From Octopus sinensis (lineage: Eukaryota), in contig NC_043003.1 of NCBI RefSeq assembly GCF_006345805.1, forward strand, positions 102,114,001-102,178,000: a stretch of 64,000 bases of DNA, given 5' to 3'. Shown in pieces: positions 14,343-26,000 of the stretch. The position numbers and the translations under genes are program-made. Within the stretch, counting starts at the first letter, position 1. The number at the start of each line of letters is the position of its first letter. Below the pieces are notes generated by a model that was given only the letters and a program-made list of their open reading frames with translations, searched no databases and was not told the DNA's origin.

Positions 14343-17300
14343 TAGATGTATGTATATATATATATATATATATATATTATTTATATTATTATATATATAT
14401 ATATATAGGCATGACTGTATTGTTAAGATGCTTCTTTCCCAACCATGTGATCTTGTGTTGAATCTCTTTACACTCCACATTGGGCAAGTGTCTTCCATAG
14501 TTACTGGCCGAGCAATGCCTTGCAAGTGGATTTGGTAGGCAGAAACCAAAAGAAGTCTGCCATGTGTGTATGTGTGTGTGTGTGAATGTTATAGAACATC
14601 AACAAGAAAACTGATAAATTGTATGAAACAGAAACTCCCTAATTACCCCTGTAATTAGTAATGTAATGGAATCAAGTGATTGGCCTGTTAAAAACTGACA
14701 ACCAAACTTACTATTGTTGTTTTGCTCATAAAATATGATGTGAAATAGATAAATGTACAAAAGGTGACTGATAACCTAGACTTGGAACAGATTGAACTAG
14801 TGTCACTTTATTATCAGCAGTTTGATCTAGTTTAGTAACCTAGTGAACTTGACATTTGTCTAATATTTAGTTAAATATTGCTCCAGAACCAATAGGGTGC
14901 CTTTAAATGGTCATTCAATCTGCTAGAAATAGCAGTTAAATTTCTCTCAAGCTGGTATGGATTGAACAGTTTGATAGCAAGTGGCAGGTCCAAGGACTGC
15001 ATTGTGCTCCGCAGTCTACAATAGCATTGTTTCTATGGCTGGATGCCCTTCCTAATGCCTTGCAGTGTGTAATGGGTGCTTTTTTTCATGCCATCATGCG
15101 TAAGGTCATCATACAGCTCTCAAAACTATGAACCCAAAGAGGGACAGTTTTATGCTAGGACATGAAGTACAAGAAAGGGCTAAACAACAGCAACAACAAC
15201 CACCAATGTTTAATCTATTACTACCACTTACATTGCTGCAACATTATCAAATCCACAAACTAAGCCACTAACAAGCACTAATACCATCCGTCTTAATTCT
15301 ACAGCAGAGATGAAATTAAGCTGAGTAGATAATATATTGAACTACCTGGCCATGAATTTAAATGTTCCTTCTGTCATTTTGTTGTGTTTTTGTTACAATT
15401 TAGCTGCAGTTCAACCCTGCTTGTATAAACCTATCGAATTTAGTTGCTATTTTTAGCAAATTGAACACCAGATAGAGGTTCCTTCGTTAGTTGTTTCCTG
15501 CTGGTGGTGGTGGTAGTGGTGGTGGCTGTTGTTTATCTATAGTCAAGAGCTAACTCCACGAAAACAATGCTGTATGCACTCTAAATGAACATTTACAAGT
15601 CCAATGTGATCTGTTCTATACCTACAACACTAGGATGTTGTTCATTTTATCACTTATCTTTGTTATCTGTTCTCATCTTCTGTATTTATCTGTTGATCTC
15701 TGTTTAAAATCTCTCCTTATTTACGTCACTTTTGCATATGTTGTTCTATTCAAGCTTCATCACTGTCTCCACCACCTTCTACCTGTCTAACCTCTTTCTT
15801 TCTTCCTTTTTCCTTCTTTGCAGAGCCATTCATTCTTTGTGCAGAAAAAAGTTGTGAGGGAATGGACGGTGTACCACTGTCGGAATTGTGACATCACTAC
15901 CCATGCTGTCTCTGATCAGCAGACTGGGGACAACCGCAAGTTTTTCATTGGTAAAAATATGGAGGTCAGTCTTTATGCTATCATGCATTTTTGCAGTGTA
16001 GAAGATCTAGAGTAAGGGTATGTGGTTGGGGTTTGAGTTATGTTGTCCTCATTGATCCATCGTAACATCCATGTAATGAATGCTGCTGCTGCTGCTCTTC
16101 TCCTCTTCCCCCTCCTCCTTCTCTTCCCCCTCCTCATCTCCTCTTCCTCCTCCTCCTTCTCTTCCCCTCCTCTCCTTCTCCCCCCTCCTCCTCCTCCTTC
16201 TCTTCTCTTCCCCTCCTCTCCTCTTCCTCCTCTCCTCTTCCCCCCTTTCCTCTTCCCCCCTTTCCTCTTCCCCCCTTTCCTCTTTCCCCTCTCCTCTTCC
16301 TCCTCACCCCTCCCCCTTCCCCTTCCCCCTCCTCCTATTCAAGCTGTGAACCTTGTTAATTGATGAGTGAAAGCAGAAGATATGCTGTATGCTTACACAT
16401 GGCACTTTTCAATATGGCAGAAATGTTTGGTCCTCAATGATGCCTACTTTATCTGTACTGGAAAATGTGAATTAAGGTGTAACCTATTTTATTGAATTGG
16501 TTGTTGGCCAATTATTGGAGATGATTGATACGTCTTACAATGTCTTCATATTCTGGTATTAAAAACATAAACACTGTTTTTACTATTTTTGAAGGATTTA
16601 ATTGCCTGAAGAGGACTTAAGACATAATTGCAAAGAATCTAATACAAAGTGAATTCAAAGACTCAATCTTTGGTGATGCAACAATGCTAATGATATTAAT
16701 AATTGTTTCTAATTTGGTACAAAGTCTAAGAGTTGTGGGAAAGAGTTAGTCAGTTAAACCTTTGATACCAACCTGCCTGAAACTACTCTTGGTTCTATGA
16801 TACTAACTTACTTATTTAAAGTGGTTTAAATTAAAACCTACCATCAAAATTTTCATGCTAATTTATATTCTAAACACCAGCTTAACAAACGTATTAGTCT
16901 CTTAGTTTTATGATACAAACTTCTCTTCAAAATTTCATGTTAATTTATGTTCCAAATATTAGATTAATAAGGACAATGTTATTTTATGAAATTTTTCATA
17001 TTTTCAAAATTAATTGAAAGCAAGGCAGTGTATTCTTACAGAAATAAATTAATAAAAGGATTAAATCAGACCCCAGAATTTGATGGTACTTTACTCTGTC
17101 AATCTTTGAAAGGCAAAAATTGATGTTGGTGAAATTGAACTTTGAATGCAAAGAGCTCGAGCAAATGTCTCAAGACATTTTGTGGATACTTTAATGGTTC
17201 TGCCAATCATGATTTCTTTTATTGTTTTTCTCTTTTTTTTCTGTAAATAATGATAATGATAATTTCATAAAGCCCCAATATTTGGAAGGCAGGTCTTTTA

Positions 17301-20300
17301 AAATCAGCCCTTGTACTTGAGTTGTACATATTTTATTAAACTCGGAAGAATGAAAAGCAGAGTTCATCATAACAGGATTTGAGGATTTGAATTCATCAAT
17401 TCGAGCAAAATAGCCAATTACAGGGCACTTTGTCCATCATTTTGCTATTTACCAATAATAATCATAATAATGATAATATCAATATTAATATTTTACATCA
17501 GCACAAGGCTATGGATTTAGCAGGTAGGTATACATTCTGTTAGGAGGATTAAAAGAACAGTTGAACATGATAAAATTTGAACTCAGAATATAAAGCACTG
17601 TAACTAAATGCTTCGAAGCACTTTGCTTGCTTCTCTACCAATTACGCAAACTCTGTGGATCTTAATCCTCAAAAAGGGAAGTTCTGAAATCCTTGACAAA
17701 AAAAGTTCTGGGTCAGTCTTGATTATATTTACCTCTCTCCCTCTGTCTCTCTCTCCATCATCACTGACTTAATGTCTCTTCTTTATTCCAGCGTGATCCT
17801 ACAGCTTTGGAATGTTTAAGGCGGTCAACTACTTTCTCTCCAGCTTTCCAGATAATACTCAATACGACAGTTCCCTTTTCTGGCAGCATGCCTGGTAGGT
17901 AGACCTGGTTTTCTTCACTTTTTGGTCTAAAGAAAAAATAAATGAAAGTATCACACAGTGGCACAATGTCAGTCTTATAGGAAGGAGAGCTATAATTATT
18001 TGAACGACAGTTCAGTATATTAATGGTGAGCACATGGATGACCAAGGTGATAAAGGCACCAAGAGATTCGGAGTTTGTATCTTGAGGAGATGCATTTTTT
18101 GTCTTCTTAATACTTTAGAATCTGAAGATGAACTTGGGTCCTGTGAACTTCAAGGGTCTAGTAAACAAAATTGTAATTATGTTCTGTAGAAATATAATGT
18201 GTATGGAAGTCTAAAGTATATAAATACACACAACTACCTGCTTCCTCTGCCCAATTTTTCAAGACATTCCCATCGCCCACTGTCTTTCTTTGTTCTACTG
18301 CTGTTATTAAATGTGAGCAAAACTGTATATTTCAGTTTTTCCCATAGTCTACTTACTCCTCTTACTATTCAATCATTCTTAATGCTAGTGTTTGTTGTTT
18401 CTTTATTACCCACAAGGGGCTAAACACAGAGAGGACAAACAAGGACAGACAAACGGATTAAGTCGATTACATCGACCCCAGTGCGTAACTGGTACTTAAT
18501 TTATCGACCCCCAGAAGGATGAAAGGTAAAGTCGACTTCGGCTGAATTTGAACTCAGAACGTAACAGCAGACGAAATACTGCTAAGCATTTCGCCCGGTG
18601 TGCTAACGTCTCTGCCAGCTTGCCACCTTACTTGATGCTAGTGTTTGTGTCATGGAAAAGTACCCAGTACATGATGAAGAGTGGTTTGGCATTGGGAAGG
18701 GAATCCAACAATAGAAACTATGGCAAAGCTGATGTTGGAGCTTGATGCAGTCTGCAATCCTGTTACATATTATCAAACCATTTAACCCATGCCATCATAG
18801 AATGTGGATGTTAAATGATGATGATAAGTTGAAGGTACTGGACTATAGATCACATGATCATAAGTTCAAAAGTAACTACACACACTGTTTCCTTGAACCA
18901 GATATTTAAGACATTGCTCTATTTCGTTTAACAGATTCTATTCCTACTTCAGAGTTGTGGTTAGTTGTAGGAAAAGCATCCTGGGGCAAACGTTATGGCC
19001 CCAACAAAAAGTGTAGAAAAATGGTTATTAACTAGTATTATTATTTACTTTTTCTAGAAAGATAAAAGGCCAAAATGACCCAAGAAAGATTTGAACTCAG
19101 TTTGATGCAGTACCAAACAAGTTATATTGTAAAACGTCCCACAACATTTTAAGATCTCATCTGTCTTCAGTTCCCTTCTTAAATTGTACATACAGAAAAA
19201 TATATTTTATTGTTGGATTTGATTCCAGAAAAGGAAAAAAAAATATCTAGAAGATCCTGGTGTTTGGAACGATGAATTGTAACAACAAGCCAGATGTTGT
19301 GTATTAGTTGAGGGAAAGTTATGTGTTATATATTATATCTTAGTTTGTTTAATTAATTTTCCTAAATACAGACACCTCCTAATTTAGTTTAACATCTTTC
19401 TGAATGTGACATTCAAATTTCTCTAATAAAAACGTCATTATCATAATTTATTGTTCCATGCTGGCATGGCTTGGACAGTTTGACTGGATTTGATGAGTTT
19501 CAAGACTACATTGTACTCCTATGTGTGGGCTACTTGCCCTTCCTAACACTAACTACTTTTACTGGATGCCTTTTTTCATAGCACCAGCATTAATGAGGTC
19601 ACCATGCAGCCTGCAAAAATATGATCCTCTTTGACTGAGTGGTGTTTCAGAGAGGAGCAGCTTTATGCACAGAAGTGAGGGAGGTGGGGCCAGGTGTAAA
19701 TTGTGAGAAAAGGGGCCCAGAACAGAACAGGTTTCTTGCAGTCAAGAAACTACATGGTTACTCACATTATTGAAGAGAGGGTGGGAGTAATTAGGGTGGA
19801 GCTAGAAAGAAAGATAGAAATAGTGGTGATAAGTTGTCAGAGTGGACTCTCAAAGCTGAGTTGAAGTGAATGGGGACAGGAGAACAGGAAGTGTGGGTGG
19901 TTAGAGGTTGCAAGAATGCATAGGAAAGTGTGGGATAGGGAGTGGATGAGAGGATGAAATAAAATTAGAAAAAAAGTCTAAATAGTAATAGTGGTGTGAT
20001 GAGAAATACTCACCAAATACTGCCCCCTCCCAATACATAAATATACTAGAAATATAAATATCCCTTTACAGTATCTTGTAAGAATTCCCACATAATGAGT
20101 GGTATGTCTAAATATAAATACTTGTAGCAATTTCTAAAAATAGGTGGAAATTGAAATAAAGAGTTGGCTAAATGCCTTGTGATATTTGTTCTGTCTCTCT
20201 GCTCTCTGAGTTCAGATCCTTCTGAGATCAACTATGCCTTTTATCCTTTCAAGGTCAGTAAGAAAAAAAATGTACCAGCCCAGGGTTGTGGATGGGTGGA

Positions 20301-22081
20301 ACTGTTACAATGTTGGATGAGATGTGTATTGATATGTTTTGGCTCTGTTTTCAGAGTTCAAATTCCACTTATGTGTTGATATTTAGGCTAATCATCTCAC
20401 CACAGGAACACCCTGTCCCAATATGCCGTTGACTAGTGAGGACAGGTATGTTTGCAAGCACACCTGTCCTCCACTAGGCCAGTTGCATGGATAAGCTTAC
20501 AACAGCTGAATGGGAAGGGAAACAGTTATATTTTCCCATCACACCACTAGCTCCTTAACTTCATTCGTTAAATCAATGATCATTCCCATCAATCATCATT
20601 GTCTTCATCATCATCAGTCGCCAGTCTTCCTCTGTCGTGTTGAAAACCACATACTAACCTATTGTTTCTCTTCCAACTTTCTTCTCTGCAGCTCCTCAGT
20701 ATTTTGAATCTCTCCAGAACCATCTGGCTGCCCTACAGACTCAAATGGATAATTATTTGATTGAAGAAGAAAGTGAAATGGAAGAACGGATCAGGTGAGT
20801 AGCTTCCTTCATTTGCAAGATCATTGCTATGTCCTGTGACGTCAAGACAAGGAGACACTAACACACACACACACACATGTGCAAGCAAAGCAGACCAGTT
20901 AATACTTTTTCCTTGTTTCCACATTACTAGGTCAGCACTTCAAATTCTTGACATTATGAATCCTCAGACAAGATAAATAAGTCTACTCAGAAAGATAAAC
21001 ATGAATAGTTTTTATCACATGAATGGTTGTTTATCAACTGTTTCTGGTAACTGTCACCATTGTGTGCTTATTAATCGTTTTTAGTAATTGTGATCATAGT
21101 ATGGGTGTTAAATGATTTTGAGTGTATTATTAACTGTACTAGGGGACTTTAACTATAGTTGTGGTTATTAATTATTCCTGGTGACAATGACCATAATATA
21201 ATTATTATGTGTACCCTGTAAATATAATCATAGTGTGGAATTTATGTTGCTGCATGGATGTACATTACAATAAATATGAAGTCATTTTAGTTTGAGGTCA
21301 AGAGTTGAAAGGTCACTAATATGGAGTCAAGAGTTGAAAGGTTACCAATATGGAGTTAAGAGAATAAAGGTCACCAATATGAGGTCAAGAGTTGAAAGGC
21401 CACCAGTGTAGGGTCAACAGTTGAAAAGTCACTGCTTAGCTTGTGTTCTGTCCATGTTATGTATAAACATTTGAAGATCACTTGTATAAATTGTACAATG
21501 GTTTTGTTGAGGTCTTTGCTATGTCAGTGTATGAGGTCAGTAGTTGAAAGGTCATAGTATTTAAATTCTCTCATTACAGGAGGTATGAATTACAACAGAA
21601 AGCATCATTTGATAAAGTTCAAGAACGAGCTAAAGATGACAAGAAGAAGTTAATTACGTAAGTTGGCAGCTTCCTTGCTAATATAGTTGTGCTGTCATGT
21701 TGCTGTGTGATGCTATGTAATGGAGTGGTGTTCTGGTGAGGCTGTGGTCATTTGCTCTTGTTCTTGATGTTGTCAATTCTGTCATTCTTGCTGCTGCTGT
21801 CATCATTATTGATGTTTGTTGCTGTCTACCTTCAGGATGTTGCTATCCATGATGGATGTGATCAATGCAGAAGAAGAGGCAGAAATTGATAAAACTGAAA
21901 ATAGTAAGTTATTCCCAGATCACCTATCTGCTGCTGCTGGTGGTTGTAATGTTAGTGTGTGTTGTGTGGTGGTTGTGTGTGGTATGATGGAATTGTTGGC
22001 AAAGATGTGTATAATCTATACACAAGTGTGTAAATGTATGTGTGCATGTCTATAGGTATGTATTTGTGATTGTATGCTTGC

Positions 22082-22141
<60 letters not shown>

Positions 22142-22279
22142 CATTTATATATATATGTATGTATACACATACATACATACATACATACATACATACATTT
22201 ATATATATATGTATATATACACATACATACATATATATATATATGTATATATACACATACATACATAAATATATATATA

Positions 22280-22338
<59 letters not shown>

Positions 22339-22341
22339 ATA

Positions 22342-22377
<36 letters not shown>

Positions 22378-22807
22378 GTTAATCCAAACATGAAAACACA
22401 AAGAGAAAACACAACAACGCGAGGGTGTTGAACAAATATAGTATTATTGGACGCTCAGGAAGGAAGGGAAGAAGGAGGGTTTAATGTTTTGAGCGGAGCT
22501 CTTCGTCAGAAACAGAAAAAGGAAAGATCCAAAGAAGGGAAGACGGAGGGAAAAAATCGCCAACGGTACACACGCGGTCACATATATATATATATAGGTA
22601 ACAGAGACAGTTTTAATACCGACAGGTAATATTTGTCCTCACTTAAAATGTGGATATTCCATTAGAACAAACTATAACTACTGTATAAGTTTCATATTGG
22701 CTTTTAGTGCAAAATGTACTCTTGCTTATATTGCTAGCAGGGAGATAAATCCCTGCCACCTCTAGCACCGAGACCATTAGTTCATGTGATTTTGACCTTA
22801 AGCATAC

Positions 22808-22897
<90 letters not shown>

Positions 22898-23011
22898 ATG
22901 CATATATGCATGTATGAAAATATACATATATGTATCTATATGTATGTAAATATGTATGTATATGCATGTAAGTATGCATATATATGTATGTATATGTACG
23001 TAAATATATAT

Positions 23012-23061
<50 letters not shown>

Positions 23062-26000
23062 GTATGTATGTAAATATGCATATATATGTATATGTATGTA
23101 TGTAAATATGCATATATATGTATATGTATGTATGTAAATATGCATATATATCTATATGCATGTATATATATGTAAATATGCACATATATATATATTTATG
23201 TATAGTTGAAATTTACAGAAAAGCAAAAGACGAAGATAGGTGTATAAGCAACAAGCAAGTGTATTAGTTTGATGTTCGGGAATGTGAGAAAATCTTTTAC
23301 GTTTCGAGCCTATACTCTTCAACAGAAAGGAACTTGAGGAAATAAATAGAGAGGGAATGTGTGTGTGTGTGTTGTGGCTTATCGGCTTTGCAGTGATTTT
23401 TCTCTTTGAAAAGGCCACAACAGTATGACAATCAATAATTAATGGATTGATTTGTTAACAATAAAACTGAAGTGAACTGTAATCAGTGCATGTAGTCAGT
23501 GGGGTGGGTGGAAGTGACTGTCTTAAAATACATCATCAGTTTTAACACCTGGTTTCATGTTAGAATTCTTGCAGAACAAATGGTGTGTGTGAGTGTTTGC
23601 TTCGCAACCATATGGTCCAGGTGTTTTCCACTGTGTAGTATCACGAGTAAGTGTTACCTGCAATAGCTTCAAGCTAGCCTGATCCTTGAGATGGAAACTC
23701 GGCAAATGGAAACTGTGAATTGTATCTGTAATTCATTTATTATTGTTACTATACAGATATACATAATGCATACACACATACATATGTAGGGCAGTTGATT
23801 GGCACAAATAGTAGAGTGCCTTGTGGTATTTGTTCTGCTTCTTTACTTTCTTAGTTTAAATCCTGCTGAGATCAAGATTACCTTTCATCCTTTCAGGTCA
23901 ATAAAAGAAAGTACTTGCCTAATACTGGAGTCAGTGTAATCAATTAAATCTTATCCCCACATCACATCAAAAGACAGATGGCTTTGTGCCTAAATTAAAA
24001 ATGGTTATTATTTATTCATAAAGAGTAGTGATATGGCAGAATCATTAATGTCACAAAAAGTGCTTTCCATCTATTTAACTCTTTTGTTACTGTATTTCTG
24101 TTGAAATATATTGCTTTATTTTGATTTACTGGAAAATAATTTTTTGTAAAATAACTTTTTCAATATCAATCTAATGCTTGGAGCTTAAATTAACATGAAA
24201 TTTTGACATGTTTTAGCTGAAATCAGTCTAAATCAGGAAGCTTTTATCTTAGGGCTGGGCCAATCTTAGGCATGTTGGTTTCAAAAAGATCAAGTTTTGA
24301 GATCAAATTCCTTCAAGGTTTAACTTCCAGTATTGAAAAAATAAGTTACAACTCAAATACCAGAATTGATTTAACTCGACTCCTCTCCATCCCTCCTACG
24401 TTAGAAACTATCCTCCTCCTCCTCCATCATATGTGACTATCAAAATTCACTGCTGACACTTTGGTTTTTACTTTCAGGCTGTGCATCTGGTTATCAGAGT
24501 TCCGAGTTACCGTCCACTCCCAGCGATATTAAGGTATAGGATATATAGCTTGCTACTGTTGTTGTGTTTGTTTTTGCTCATATCAACCACTGTAGTTAAT
24601 CAAATAATATATTCAACTGCTATTTTTAGCAATGACTTTATTATCACTAAGTATTAAAACATGGGTTTTAACATTTGCAGGTCTAAACATGTGGTTCTTG
24701 TTTTAAAGAGGGAAAAGTGTGTATAAAGATGCATCTTTTATCATCATCAATCAAAATGTTTTCTAATGAATTACAAAACCATTAAAAAAAATTGACTTCA
24801 GCTTTATGGTGACATCTAAAGACTACTGCTTATTCAACTAAACATTGTTCTGTAGATGAGTTGTAATCTAGGATATCTAATGTGATTTTCAGTCTATGGC
24901 TGAAAATCAAATATAAAATGCTATTTCTGAATTTCAGAATCCTTTTAGAAATAATCACTAAATCTCTTTAGGATCCTGCTCTTCCGCATTAAAAAAGGAA
25001 GAGATATTGGATTTTGTAGTGCTAGATACACATGTGGATGAAATGATATAATATTTGAGGCTGGAACAACTTTGATCAGGACTTACTAGAATTAAAAGAA
25101 CAGATATTTTTTTCCTAAATATGTAAACACTTATCAAACTAGGAGCTTTTATTTCTAAACTAATGTATATATCCGAAAGTAAGACACTTGATGATGATTA
25201 AAGATCAAACCTGTTGATCGAAATGTAATGTAGATGTAAATATCAAAAAATGCTTCACCTCGGAGAATGTTAATAGATATATTATACACACATAAAATAT
25301 TGATAAATAAGAAAACATGTAGACTTACAAATACACACAAGTGTAAATATGGGAGCACACACATGTATACTCCTACAAATGCACATGCATAAAAATGGAA
25401 GTACTTATACAGACACATACATAGATTAATATGGAAGTACACATACAGATGCAATGCATAGGTATACATAAAATCACAGATATGGAAATACACATACACA
25501 CGGAATCACATGAATACATCCATGTAAGAACACATTCATATATAAATATGGAAACACATTCATGCTCACATGCATATACAGAAACACAAATACACATGCA
25601 TAGATAAATATAGATGCAAATACACATGCATGCATAATATGGAAGCACATAGATGCACAAATACACACATATATAGAAGAACACATACAGGCACATATCC
25701 ACAGGTAAATATGAAAGAACAAAGAAACATACAAAGACATTGATTAATTTGGAAGTCCATAACATAGTGTAAATGTTTTTTTTTTTATTTTTCAGAATGA
25801 TTTTCATTCCAAATCAGATTCCAACTCAGAGAAACAAATGGTGTCTCCTTTGGGAGATTTTGAACTGGAAGCTGATGGTAAGTCTATTTTTGTTCAGATT
25901 TATGTCTGTTTTTCCATACCTGCATGGGTTGGACAAATGTTACTTTGATGCATTGTTTTACACAGCAAGATGCCCTTCTTGATGCTAAGCCTCACCTGTT

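Noticed and set aside
16040-16363. Pro/Leu/Ser-rich ORF that could pass for the proline-rich region of PRAS40
   Set aside because: It is a CCT/CTC low-complexity tract in intron 3 with no usable splice sites; exon 3 joins exon 4 in phase without it.
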